Assembly (NCBI GenBank): GCA_036476995.1
Contig: JAZGCO010000084.1
Coordinates: forward strand, 1 to 61,736
Reading direction: 5' to 3'
Source of the DNA: Gemmatimonadota bacterium
GTDB lineage: Bacteria > Gemmatimonadota > Gemmatimonadetes > Palauibacterales > Palauibacteraceae
DNA length: 61,736 nt
Part shown: piece by piece, positions 28,338-38,002 of the stretch
How positions within the stretch are numbered: the first letter of the stretch is position 1
Layout of the letters: every line of letters starts with the position of its first letter
The notes under the pieces: model-generated
What the model was told of the DNA's origin: nothing
Database searches by the model: none
What the model saw: the letters and a program-made list of their open reading frames with translations, nothing else
Position numbers and translations under genes: made by a program

Positions 28338-30170
28338 GTGACTTCCGGCGAGCGGCCGTCTGAGGCTGGAGAGGGCTCGCGCACGCGCATCGCGTACCTC
28401 GACGGCGCCCGGCTGCGGCGAATCCTGCTTGCCGCTGTCGATTACGTTTCCGCACGTAAGGCCGAGCTGAATCGCATCAACGTCTTTCCGGTTCCTGACG
28501 GGGATACAGGAACCAACCTGACACTGACTCTCCAGGCTGTGGCTGACGCCGTCAGACCTCTCAAGTCCACGGATCTCACCGAGGTAGTCAAGGCGGCGGC
28601 AGAGGCCAGCCTACTCGGAGCCCGGGGCAACTCCGGCATGCTCTTTTCCAACTTCCTTCTTGGCTTCGCGAAGAGCATCGAAGGCAAGGACCGTATCGGG
28701 ACGCAAGAAGCAGCCGACGCGCTCACGGTGGCAGCGCGATCGATCCAGGATGTTCTGGAGAATCCCCAAGAAGGTACGATAGTCACCGTCGCGCGCGAAC
28801 TGGCCAACGGAGCTCGTCAGCACGCGGTCGGCCGGGCAGACCTCTACTGGTGGCTTCACGACGTGCAGGAAGCGGCACACGCTTCGCTACTGCGGACGAG
28901 GGAGATGCTTCCGGAGCTACGTGAAGCCGGTGTGGTTGATGCAGGCGCCGCCGGGCTTGTGCACTTCTTCGAGGGCATCCTGCACTACGTGAACGGCGAT
29001 GTAATCGAGCCTCCAGAGCCCTTGGTCGGGCCGCTACCGGGCTCGGCCGCGATCGGCAAAGCCAAGCAGGCGGGAGTGGGCGCCGGCGAGGGACGGTACT
29101 GCACTCAGATTGCGATTCGTGGACGGGGGCTGCCTGATAACGCTGCGATCCGACAGGCGCTCGTTGGTCTCGGAACCTCCACTATCGTGCTGCGGTCCGA
29201 CGACCTGGCCAAGATCCATATTCATGCCGACGAGCCGCCGCGCATACGATCCATTCTCGCGAAAATGGGGAAGGTCGTGTCCGAGCGTATCGAGGATACG
29301 AGTCTGGACGCGCCCTCGCGCCCGGTTGCGGTAGTCACAGATTCGTCGGCCGACCTGGCCCATGACTGGGTAGAGCGGAAGGGCGTCACGGTCGTTCCCA
29401 TGCGCGTTATGGTTGGTGGAGAGACGTACCGGGATGGGGTAGATCTCGAGGCGGAGAGACTGCTCGAACTCCTGGCCGGCTCGGAGGGCGAACACGCCAG
29501 CACCTCTCAGCCCGCTCCGGCCGAGTTTGCCGCACGGTATGAGCGAGCTTTGAGTGGGGGAGCGGACCGGATCCTCGGGCTCTTCGTGGGTTCGAATCTG
29601 TCCGGGACCTACAATTCGGCTGTCGCGGCCCTCCGGGAGTCCGAAGTGCCGTTCGAGGCTATTGATTCCCGGACGAGCTCGCTCGGCCTGGGTCTCCTTG
29701 TCGCGCGAGCCGTAGAGCTGGTCGACGCGGGTGCAGGCCTGGAGGAAGCGGCGGAGGATCTGAGGCGTGTCGTCACGCAGTCAAACATTTTGTTCACCGT
29801 AGATACGTTCGAATACCTGCTCAGATCTGGCCGGGTAGGGCGGGCCAGGGCTAAGCTCGGATCGTGGCTTGACATCAAGCCGATTCTGTCGATCGACAAA
29901 GACGGACACATCATCGGGCACGAACGTGTTAGGGGCCGAAAGGCGCTGCTTCCCCGGGTCATCGCTCTCCTCGACGAGGCTCTGGAGGGCGCCATGCGAT
30001 ACCGGTTGGGAGTCGTGCACTTCGATGCGGCGAAGATGGCTGCGAAGGTCGAGAAGCGCCTGCGGCGGCGCTACACCCCCGTAGAAATCATGGTATCTCC
30101 GGTTACCGCAGCCCTGGCTGTGCACCTGGGCCCCGGGGCCTGGGGTGTCATGTACCAGATCGAGGATTGA
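28338..30170 (+). CDS. DAK2-DegV fusion (fatty acid kinase FakA/FakB-like)
   Basis: LNRINVFPVPDGDTGTN, GARGNSG, VVDAG, YCT and KIHIH in the DAK2 part. VVTDSSADL, STSQP, LSGTY, SGRV, IKPIL and HLGPG in the DegV part. Confidence 0.9.
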   Translation: MTSGERPSEAGEGSRTRIAYLDGARLRRILLAAVDYVSARKAELNRINVFPVPDGDTGTNLTLTLQAVADAVRPLKSTDLTEVVKAAAEASLLGARGNSGMLFSNFLLGFAKSIEGKDRIGTQEAADALTVAARSIQDVLENPQEGTIVTVARELANGARQHAVGRADLYWWLHDVQEAAHASLLRTREMLPELREAGVVDAGAAGLVHFFEGILHYVNGDVIEPPEPLVGPLPGSAAIGKAKQAGVGAGEGRYCTQIAIRGRGLPDNAAIRQALVGLGTSTIVLRSDDLAKIHIHADEPPRIRSILAKMGKVVSERIEDTSLDAPSRPVAVVTDSSADLAHDWVERKGVTVVPMRVMVGGETYRDGVDLEAERLLELLAGSEGEHASTSQPAPAEFAARYERALSGGADRILGLFVGSNLSGTYNSAVAALRESEVPFEAIDSRTSSLGLGLLVARAVELVDAGAGLEEAAEDLRRVVTQSNILFTVDTFEYLLRSGRVGRARAKLGSWLDIKPILSIDKDGHIIGHERVRGRKALLPRVIALLDEALEGAMRYRLGVVHFDAAKMAAKVEKRLRRRYTPVEIMVSPVTAALAVHLGPGAWGVMYQIED

Positions 30171-30568
30171 CCACTCAAGTGACGCCCGCGGCTCAGACGG
30201 TGAAGCGTGTGGCCGACTTGCCGGCGCTGACGGACGACCAGTTGGTTCAGAGCTTGAGCGCCGCGGTGCTTGAACGGAACGGGCGCGAAGCTGTCCTCTT
30301 GGATCTCAGGGGGCTCTCGGATGCCACGGACTGCTTCTTGATCGCTTCCGGTGACTCCCGTACGCACGCCAGGGCCATCGCCGACAACATTATCGAGCGG
30401 TGCAAGGCGGCTGGTTTTCGCCCGGTGGGCATCGAGGGCCGGGCAGGCGGTGACTGGATTCTCATCGACTACGTCTCGGCCGTGGTTCACATTTTTCTTC
30501 CCCGCGTGAGGGAGTATTACCAACTGGAAAACCTCTGGGGAGATGCGCCGAGCCTGCCCGTGGAGTGA
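30167..30568 (+). CDS. rsfS: Ribosome silencing factor
   Basis: LLDLRGLS..TDCFLIASG, WILIDY..VVHIF and REYYQLENLWGDA motifs. Start uncertain. Confidence 0.93.
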   Translation: MTTQVTPAAQTVKRVADLPALTDDQLVQSLSAAVLERNGREAVLLDLRGLSDATDCFLIASGDSRTHARAIADNIIERCKAAGFRPVGIEGRAGGDWILIDYVSAVVHIFLPRVREYYQLENLWGDAPSLPVE

Positions 30569-30645
30569 CCCTATCCGTTGCGACCTGTTTCAGAGCCCTC
30601 CTATGTTGTAATCGTCGCCTGCCGCCCGAGTGCCTTGGCACCAAT

Positions 30646-32199
30646 TTGCGAACCGGGAAAACACGCTTCTTGAGCCCAAATGCAGCTGCGCTCCTTGCAC
30701 TGGCGCTAACCGCGGCCTGCGGTCGGGGGGGTCCTGCCCCCGAGTCTCAGCGAGATACCCTGTTCGGAGACGATCTAGTGTTGGGATCGTCGGCCGAACG
30801 GTGGAGCATCGCCTCGATTCCTCGGGCCGGCGGCTCCGTGTCTCTTCATTCCCTGGAGAGTCCTGCCGACACCATCTGGGTCGGTGCCACCAAACTTCCT
30901 CCCACACGCGAAGCCCACGCGCTCGCCGGCGGATACCTGGCCCTGGTGAGCGAAGCCGGCGAAGCGTTCTCGTACAATCCTGCCACGGAGGCGTTGGATT
31001 CTCTTGGGCCGGTGGGAGACGGAGCGACTTGGACCACCAACGGTGAATACGGCCTGTTCACTGACGTTGACGCTGGCTCGGCGCTGCTTGTGTCTGTCGA
31101 CGGCGCCCGCCAATTCACGCTTCCTGAGGGAACCATCTGGGCGGCGCCGCTGGACGCCAACAGGATCGGCCTGCTCCTCGACTCGACCGATGGCGCGGCC
31201 CTACGGGTCCAGAGCGTGGGCGAGGAGGCTCCTGCGGAGGTAGCGGTGGTGGATATCAGGGGTCCGGGTGTCGTGACGGCATGGGGTCAGCGTTTGGTGT
31301 TCGCCGCCGGAGCCGAATCCTCCCCGGCCGTCAGGATCTACTCATCCCAGACGCTCGAGGAAACGAGTTCCATCCCGATGGGGGGCCCTGTCACGGCGCT
31401 GCGTTCTTCTCCTTCTTCCCACGTGATGTATGCGGCGCTCCAGAATCCATCCAGGATCGTTTCAGTAAACCGGTTCACTCTTTCTGAGCACGAGCTAGGC
31501 CGGACTGGAAGGACAGTCAGGGATCTGCGGTCGAGTCTTTTCGGTGGGTCGGTGCTCGCTTTTGATGGCGAGACGATCTACCGAATGGGGCCGAACCAGG
31601 ACCAGCCTGCCGTGATAGGTGGCGATTGGCGTAACGATCTTCCAATTGGACACCTGGGGAATCGAGTCCTGATCGCGCGTGGCGATTCAGTCGTGGATTT
31701 GGACATTCGAACCGGGAAGGCCACTCCTGTAGGATCCGCAGACGCGATCTGGCTTGCTCTGCGCTGGAGGCCGCGCGCAGTGCCGCCCTTCTCACAAGTT
31801 GCTCGGGCGGAAGCCGCTGACCGCGCAGCCTCAAATCGGGAACTGCCGCCGCCCGAGGCGGGCGGATTGGAGACAACGCAGCCAGATGGCGACGTACGAA
31901 CGGACGGAGACTCCGGCGCGCCGAGGCGTATCGCGCCTGGCTACTACGCGATTGTCGGGTCGGCCCAGCAGGAAGAAGGCATAGCGCAGCTTGTCCGCTC
32001 TCTGGCACGGGCCGGATTTCCGACGGCCGTCCAACAGTTTTCCGACGATGCCGCGCAGCTCTGGTACCGAGGACTTGTTGGGCCGTTTGCGACCCGCTCC
32101 CAGGCGGAGGCTGCTGCCCGCCAATTGGTGAGAGAGAGGCAGCTGCAAACGTGGGTCACGCGAGTAGAACGGTCTCCGGGATCCGAGGGAGCGATCTAG
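30646..32199 (+). CDS. Lipoprotein with a beta-propeller-like body and a C-terminal SPOR domain
   Basis: Lipobox LALTAA-C, beta-rich middle region, and C-terminal YYAIVGS...WYRGLVGPFATRSQAE. TTG start at 30646 inferred. Confidence 0.7.
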   Translation: MRTGKTRFLSPNAAALLALALTAACGRGGPAPESQRDTLFGDDLVLGSSAERWSIASIPRAGGSVSLHSLESPADTIWVGATKLPPTREAHALAGGYLALVSEAGEAFSYNPATEALDSLGPVGDGATWTTNGEYGLFTDVDAGSALLVSVDGARQFTLPEGTIWAAPLDANRIGLLLDSTDGAALRVQSVGEEAPAEVAVVDIRGPGVVTAWGQRLVFAAGAESSPAVRIYSSQTLEETSSIPMGGPVTALRSSPSSHVMYAALQNPSRIVSVNRFTLSEHELGRTGRTVRDLRSSLFGGSVLAFDGETIYRMGPNQDQPAVIGGDWRNDLPIGHLGNRVLIARGDSVVDLDIRTGKATPVGSADAIWLALRWRPRAVPPFSQVARAEAADRAASNRELPPPEAGGLETTQPDGDVRTDGDSGAPRRIAPGYYAIVGSAQQEEGIAQLVRSLARAGFPTAVQQFSDDAAQLWYRGLVGPFATRSQAEAAARQLVRERQLQTWVTRVERSPGSEGAI

Positions 32200-33629
32200 T
32201 GACGATCCCGCCTGGAGTCGCACGGGTAGTCTCGGCGGTGCCCGAGGGCGGCGTGGCGATTCTCCTCATACGACGCTCCGTAGCGCCGGATGTGGCTGCA
32301 GACCACGTGATAGACATTGCCGCCGCCATAGCTGGATCCCGGAACCGAACGTTGCTGGCTAACCTGGATGTAGCGATTCCGGGCCTGGACCAGGCCTTGG
32401 GCGCTCGGCCGAAGGCGGGCCTGTCCGAGGCGCTGCTCGGTCAAACGAAAATCTCTAGCATCGCACATGACTCCGGCCGAGGCTTTCAGCTGCTGCCGGC
32501 CGGCCCATCGCCGCGCCCCCTCCGCGAGGTTCTGGGCCCGCGCCTGGAGCACCTCGTCGAGATGACACGTCGGGGTGGAGGTACGTTGCTGCTGTATGCT
32601 GATGAAGAGGCGCTCGCTCCCGATATCGTAGCCGATTCCGCGGTCCTCGATTTGGACGGCGTGATTACGCTCGGCCCGGAGGGGACCGAGGGTAGCGAAA
32701 GCTATGGGCCCCCATTGATCGGCCACGTCGTAACACAGGAAGGTGTGGCGGCGGAGTCGGACGCGGCTCTCGAACCGGACCTTACGCTGCTCGTGCCGCC
32801 GGAGCGGCCTATTGTCCGGCGCAGGCTTCAGACCGGGCCCGGCGTGCCGCAGATCGTCGGCGTCTGGGCCACAGCTGCTCTCCTGGTGTGGCTCGCCTTT
32901 CAGGCCTACGCCGGCTGGCCCATGTTCGGGCAGGCCACAGAGGCTCCGCTAGGGGAATTGGGAGCCGCAAGCTTGCCCGATTCGTCTGCGGGTCGGGCTA
33001 CCGAGGTGTCTGCTGAGGATGTTGCCGACCGAGATGACCTGGAATCCACTGATCCTTCGCCCCAGTCTGCCGTGGTCGCGGGGTCCGCGGCCACCTTGCA
33101 GGGTCCCCCCGTCGAGTTGCGGGGCTTCTCCGCAATCGTTGCCGCGGAGCGGCCGTATTCAGTCCTCATCGCGAGCTACGTCCGTTGGGAGGACGCTTTG
33201 GCCCATGTCCACAAGCTCGAGCGTGCGGGCCCCGGCGTAGTGTTTATCGCACCGACTCCGGTTCGCCAGCGGGTGTACTACCGGGTCCTGTCGGGAGCCC
33301 TGGAAGACGCGACGGAGGCCGAGCGATTCATGCAGGACCTCGTATCGTCAGGGCGGAAAGAGGAAGCCAGGCGCTGGGACATGCGCCCCGTGCGGCTGGC
33401 ATACGCCATCGGCGATTTCAGGACGCGTGCCGAGGCCTATGCAGAAAAGAGTCAGTTGCGAGGCGAGCGGATTCCGGCGTACGTGCTACAGGTCGGCTCT
33501 GACGGTCTCCCGTATCGCGTTTACTCTGGAGCCTACGAATCAATTTCGGCCGCCGCTGATTTGGGATCGCGGTTGAGTCAGGCTGGTCACGACGTCAAGC
33601 TAGAACCGAGGAGAGGCACCCACCCTTGA
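32199..33629 (+). CDS. Single-pass membrane protein: degenerate MinD/BY-kinase-like N-domain plus two SPOR-like domains
   Basis: RTLLANLD..PGLDQALG..GLSEALLG...LLPAG with no Walker A, TM helix IVGVWATAALLVWLAF, then YSVLIASY...YYRVLSGA and YRVYSGAY. Confidence 0.65.
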   Translation: MTIPPGVARVVSAVPEGGVAILLIRRSVAPDVAADHVIDIAAAIAGSRNRTLLANLDVAIPGLDQALGARPKAGLSEALLGQTKISSIAHDSGRGFQLLPAGPSPRPLREVLGPRLEHLVEMTRRGGGTLLLYADEEALAPDIVADSAVLDLDGVITLGPEGTEGSESYGPPLIGHVVTQEGVAAESDAALEPDLTLLVPPERPIVRRRLQTGPGVPQIVGVWATAALLVWLAFQAYAGWPMFGQATEAPLGELGAASLPDSSAGRATEVSAEDVADRDDLESTDPSPQSAVVAGSAATLQGPPVELRGFSAIVAAERPYSVLIASYVRWEDALAHVHKLERAGPGVVFIAPTPVRQRVYYRVLSGALEDATEAERFMQDLVSSGRKEEARRWDMRPVRLAYAIGDFRTRAEAYAEKSQLRGERIPAYVLQVGSDGLPYRVYSGAYESISAAADLGSRLSQAGHDVKLEPRRGTHP

Positions 33630-36600
33630 AGATCAAATCGCTTACGCTACACGGGTTCAAGTCATTCGCCGATCGTACTGAAATCGAATTCCACGACGGC
33701 ATTACCGCGATCGTGGGCCCAAACGGGTGCGGCAAGTCGAATATCTCCGATGCGTTTCGGTGGGTTCTCGGAGAACAGCGGCCGACCGCGATTCGGGGTG
33801 CGCGGATGGAGGAAGCTATCTTCCACGGCACCACCGAACGCAAGCCGATCCACCGGGCTGAAGTCGAACTTCGCATTGCGAACGAGGATGGCATTCTACC
33901 GGTTCCCCAAACCCAGGTCTCAATTGGCCGGACGGTGCTCAGGGGCGGAGACAGTGAATACACGCTCAACGAAGACCCGTGCCGCTTGCGCGACATACAG
34001 GACTTGTGTCGTGACACCGGCCTCGGAGCGAACGCCTACTCGATCATCGAGGGCGCGATGGTCGACAAGATTCTCAGCGACAGAGCAGAGGAGAGGCGGT
34101 CGCTATTTGAGGAGGCGGCGGAAGTCGGCCGGTACAAGGACCGAAGGCGAACGGCGCTACGTAGACTGGGCCAGGCGGAACAGGACCTCGACCGGCTAGA
34201 AGACGTGCTCGGCGAGGTTCGATCCAAGGTGCGGTCACTCGCCCGACAGCGCGGCCGGGCGCAGCGATACCGCGATCTAAGAGACCGACGGCTGATCCTT
34301 GAGGTCGCGGTCGCCGAGTCGCTGCTCGAACGAATAGAGCATCGGCTTGCGAGGGCTGAGACGGAGCTTGCCTCAGTGCTTCAGCAGAGGCCCGTCCAGG
34401 AGTTTGACGTTGAGCGCCGCGAGACAGAACTGGAAACCCTGCGTCTCCAAACCGCCGGGCTCGAGCAACAGCGACTGACACTGGCTCAAAGAGCTGAGCG
34501 GGCCAGAACCCGCATCGAAGAGATCGAACGCGACCGGCTTCTAACGGGTGAGAGAATCTCGGTGGCGAGGACGCGTATTGAGGCGATTCACAGCGAACGC
34601 GGTGAGGTGGAGAAGCACCACGCGGCGATTGAGGCGGAATTCTCAGAACTTGCCACACGGTTACGTGAACGCGAGGACAGCCTCGTGGAGATGCGGGAGA
34701 GCAGAGACAGCTGTCTTTCACTCGTTTCCCGGCTCCGGGAGGAGCGAATCGAGCGCAAGCGGGCCGAAGAGGCATCTCTGGGCCGGTTGGCCGAAGTGAT
34801 GCGAGATCTGGGCGCAATTGAGGCGGAAGAAGAAGTGGCGCGGCAGCGGTCTGAGGAGCGCACCGAAGAGCTGTCGACTCAGCGAACCAGACTGGAAGCG
34901 GCCGGGCTCCAAGCGAAGAAGCTGAAGGAAGCGATCACGGCAGCGGATCTGGACAGCGAGCGGCACAGCCAATCGGAAGCCGACACCCGCAATGAGTTCG
35001 AGTCGGCCACCAAGGCGGCCGCGGAGAAAAGGAATGCGGTGCGCCGGGTCAGGGATGAACTCGGCGAGATACAGGGCCAACTATCGGCCGATAGAGCCAA
35101 GCTAGCGGGTCTGCAGAGCATGCTCTCTTCGGGTGGCGATATGTCTCCCACGGTAGGCAAACTCCTGGCCGAGTTCGGCGAAGAAGATGGCGTCCTCGGA
35201 AGTCTCGCTGGCTTCATCCAGGCTCCGCGTGGGCACTCCGCCGCACTCGAGGCCCATTTGGGCCAATTTCTGCACGGTGTTCTCGTACGAGACTGGAAGA
35301 CGGTCGAACACGTTCGGAAGTGGCTGTCGGGTAGAGGTGAAGGGGACGGGTTGCTCCTTCTCCCGTGCAGCCCGGGTCCACGGTCGTCGTCCAGAGTTTC
35401 GCACGGTTCTGAGGAACAGCTGATCGACCAGATCAAAGTGCGCTTTCCGGCCGGCCCCTGGGTGAGCGCCCTTCTGGACGGAGTCGCTAATCGGCACGGT
35501 GAAGAGCTGCAGCTGGGATCGACTCCGTGGGCGGGGGACGACGGCAGCGGGCAGGATGCCTACGGAGCCGTCCGGCTCGGACAGCCCAGAACGGGCCGCG
35601 GAGTTCTCAGCCGGCGGGCTGACGTCAAACAACTAACGGAGCGAATCGAGACCACTGAAGCGGAACGGGTACGACTGGAGGCTGGCGTCGTGGAATCGGT
35701 AGCACGTCTGGAGAATCTGATGGTCTCGGCAGATGCTCTCGAAACACGACTCCGTGCCGTGGTCGATCAAAGGCACGAGGCGCTCGGTCGACGGGAAGCG
35801 GCCCAGGCTCGCCTGGCCGGCCTGGAAGAGTCTACAGCTGAGATGATTCGCCGGGTTGCAAGTCTGGAGGCGGTGCTGAGCGAGGAAACGGATCCGGTCC
35901 AAACCGGGGACGACCGGGTCGAGAATCTACGCTCTCGACGCGAGGGCGCCGAAAGCACACTGGCCAGCGAACGAGCCAGCGCGGCGAGCGCCACGGCCGA
36001 GTGGGAGGCCGCGAATTCGGAGCTGCATGAGCGGCAGCTGGGATTGGCGCACGCGGAGGCGGAGCTGACCTCGATTCGTGAAAACAACGAACGAGTCCGT
36101 GCTCTCAGAGACGATCTGAGTAGCCGGTCGCTTCGCCTCGAGCAGGAGCTTCAAGATCGTAACGAGGCTATCAGTACGGGCAGGCAGCGAGTGGCGGCGA
36201 CCGAGAGCGAGCTGGCCGAGCTGCTGGAGCAACGGGGGGACGTGAGGGGCAAGCTATCGGCAGCGGAAGCCGAACTGGAGAAGAGAAAGAGTACCGAACA
36301 GGAGCTTGAGACAGCGGTCCGCATGGCCCGCGGAGCGGAGCGCGAACACGCTGAACGCCGGCACGCCCTGGAGCTTGAACTCGCTGAGCTACGCGGCGAC
36401 CGGCGGAACCTTCATGAGCGGCTCGAGATAGAGTGGGAAGCCTCGTTCTCTGAACTCAAGGAGCGGGTCGATCCCCCCGAAGCTGGAGGTCCGGCGGAGT
36501 GGTCTACCGAGCTCGATTCGATTCGCGACAAGCTGGCCAGTCTGGGTCTAGTCAACGTTTTGGCGGCACAGGAATACGATGATGAGAAGGAGCGACTCGA

Positions 36601-37159
36601 CTTCCTGGAGGGGCAGAAAGGCGATCTGTCACAGGCTCGCGCAGACCTGCACGGGACGATACGTCAGATCAACCAGCTGGCCTCCGCCGCCTTCATGGAA
36701 GTGTTCGAGCAGGTACGGGGCAACTTCAGCCGGATCTACGCGACGCTGTTCGACGGCGGGAGCGCCGATGTATGGCTGGAGGATCCGGACGACCCGCTGG
36801 ACTCAGCCATCGAGATAACGGCGAGCCCGGGAGGAAAGCGAACTCAGAGAATCCACCTGCTCTCGGGCGGGGAGAAGGCCCTGACTGCTCTGGCTCTTGT
36901 GTTCGCGATCTATCTGGCCAAGCCGAGTCCGTTCTGCATTATGGACGAGGTGGACGCGCCGCTTGACGAAGCCAACATCGGGCGCTTTACGGCCATGCTG
37001 AACAAGTTCAAGCAAGAGACTCAGTTCATAGTGATCACTCACAACGCACGTACCGTAGAGGCGGCGGATTGGATTTACGGGGTGACGATGCAGGAGCCCG
37101 GAGTTACGACCGTCGTCAGCCTGCAGCTGCAGGATCTGCCGAGCGGCCAGGTCGCTTGA
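33626..37159 (+). CDS. smc: Chromosome segregation protein SMC
   Basis: GFKSF, VGPNGCGKSN, long coiled coils with a hinge, LSGGEK, DEVDAPLD and ITH motifs. Confidence 0.97.
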   Translation: MKIKSLTLHGFKSFADRTEIEFHDGITAIVGPNGCGKSNISDAFRWVLGEQRPTAIRGARMEEAIFHGTTERKPIHRAEVELRIANEDGILPVPQTQVSIGRTVLRGGDSEYTLNEDPCRLRDIQDLCRDTGLGANAYSIIEGAMVDKILSDRAEERRSLFEEAAEVGRYKDRRRTALRRLGQAEQDLDRLEDVLGEVRSKVRSLARQRGRAQRYRDLRDRRLILEVAVAESLLERIEHRLARAETELASVLQQRPVQEFDVERRETELETLRLQTAGLEQQRLTLAQRAERARTRIEEIERDRLLTGERISVARTRIEAIHSERGEVEKHHAAIEAEFSELATRLREREDSLVEMRESRDSCLSLVSRLREERIERKRAEEASLGRLAEVMRDLGAIEAEEEVARQRSEERTEELSTQRTRLEAAGLQAKKLKEAITAADLDSERHSQSEADTRNEFESATKAAAEKRNAVRRVRDELGEIQGQLSADRAKLAGLQSMLSSGGDMSPTVGKLLAEFGEEDGVLGSLAGFIQAPRGHSAALEAHLGQFLHGVLVRDWKTVEHVRKWLSGRGEGDGLLLLPCSPGPRSSSRVSHGSEEQLIDQIKVRFPAGPWVSALLDGVANRHGEELQLGSTPWAGDDGSGQDAYGAVRLGQPRTGRGVLSRRADVKQLTERIETTEAERVRLEAGVVESVARLENLMVSADALETRLRAVVDQRHEALGRREAAQARLAGLEESTAEMIRRVASLEAVLSEETDPVQTGDDRVENLRSRREGAESTLASERASAASATAEWEAANSELHERQLGLAHAEAELTSIRENNERVRALRDDLSSRSLRLEQELQDRNEAISTGRQRVAATESELAELLEQRGDVRGKLSAAEAELEKRKSTEQELETAVRMARGAEREHAERRHALELELAELRGDRRNLHERLEIEWEASFSELKERVDPPEAGGPAEWSTELDSIRDKLASLGLVNVLAAQEYDDEKERLDFLEGQKGDLSQARADLHGTIRQINQLASAAFMEVFEQVRGNFSRIYATLFDGGSADVWLEDPDDPLDSAIEITASPGGKRTQRIHLLSGGEKALTALALVFAIYLAKPSPFCIMDEVDAPLDEANIGRFTAMLNKFKQETQFIVITHNARTVEAADWIYGVTMQEPGVTTVVSLQLQDLPSGQVA

Positions 37160-37169
37160 GAGCCGAGCC

Positions 37170-37937
37170 GTGCTCGTAGTAGTCGGATGCGGAACTGTCG
37201 TACCCGAGCCGGGCACAGGTGGATCGTCGTTCTGGGCCGACCTCGACGGTACCCGAGCGCTCATTGATTGCGGTCCCGGAGCGGTGCAGGCGTTGGCGCG
37301 GCTGGATCTCCCGTGGCCGGAGATGACGGATCTGGTTCTTACTCACTTCCACGCGGATCATATCGGTGCTCTTCCCGGTCTCTTCTTCTCCTTGACGCAT
37401 GGCCTGGCGCCCGCGGTCCGAACAGCGCCGCTCGACGTGTGGGGTCCGCCGGGAACGAACGACCTGATGACCGGACTGGCGAGAGTGCTGGGTTCCTTCG
37501 TCCTCGATCCGGGATTCGAAGTGCGCGTTCACGAGATCGAGCCCGGCCAGCAGGTGCACATGCCATCGGGAGCCGATCTGATGAGCTTCAAGACTCCCCA
37601 TACGACTGAAAGCCAGGCGGTCCGCATCTCGTCGCCGGTCGGCTCGATCGGATATTCGGGCGATACAGGGCCTTGTCCCGAGCTTGGCGACTTCATGCAC
37701 CATGTGGATGTGTTAGTGTGTGAGTGTTCGCTAACGGACGATTTGGTAGGTGATAACCACTTGTCGCCCACCGGAGTAGCACGAATCGCAAGTCGGGCCG
37801 AACCAGGGGAGTTAGTGATAACACACGTGTATCCGCACGTGCGGGAAGCACACGACGTAGTAGCTCTGATCCGGGACCAGGGATACGATGGCCGCGTGAG
37901 TTTGGCTTCAGAAGGACTGCAGGTACCCCTGAGTTGA
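37170..37937 (+). CDS. MBL-fold metallohydrolase (RNase Z/BN-like)
   Basis: IDCGPG, THFHADH, YSGDT, NHL and THVY motifs. Confidence 0.85.
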   Translation: MLVVVGCGTVVPEPGTGGSSFWADLDGTRALIDCGPGAVQALARLDLPWPEMTDLVLTHFHADHIGALPGLFFSLTHGLAPAVRTAPLDVWGPPGTNDLMTGLARVLGSFVLDPGFEVRVHEIEPGQQVHMPSGADLMSFKTPHTTESQAVRISSPVGSIGYSGDTGPCPELGDFMHHVDVLVCECSLTDDLVGDNHLSPTGVARIASRAEPGELVITHVYPHVREAHDVVALIRDQGYDGRVSLASEGLQVPLS

Positions 37938-38002
37938 GAGTGCAATGAAGACGTGCACTACTTGCCGAAGAGACTCGACTTGGTGAAAGCGTTGAACAGT
38001 CA

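Noticed and set aside
33626-37159. smc without adjacent scpA/scpB, possibly a defence-type SMC (Wadjet-like)
   Set aside because: It is a canonical full-length housekeeping SMC with a hinge. scpAB are commonly unlinked, and no jet-like genes are present.
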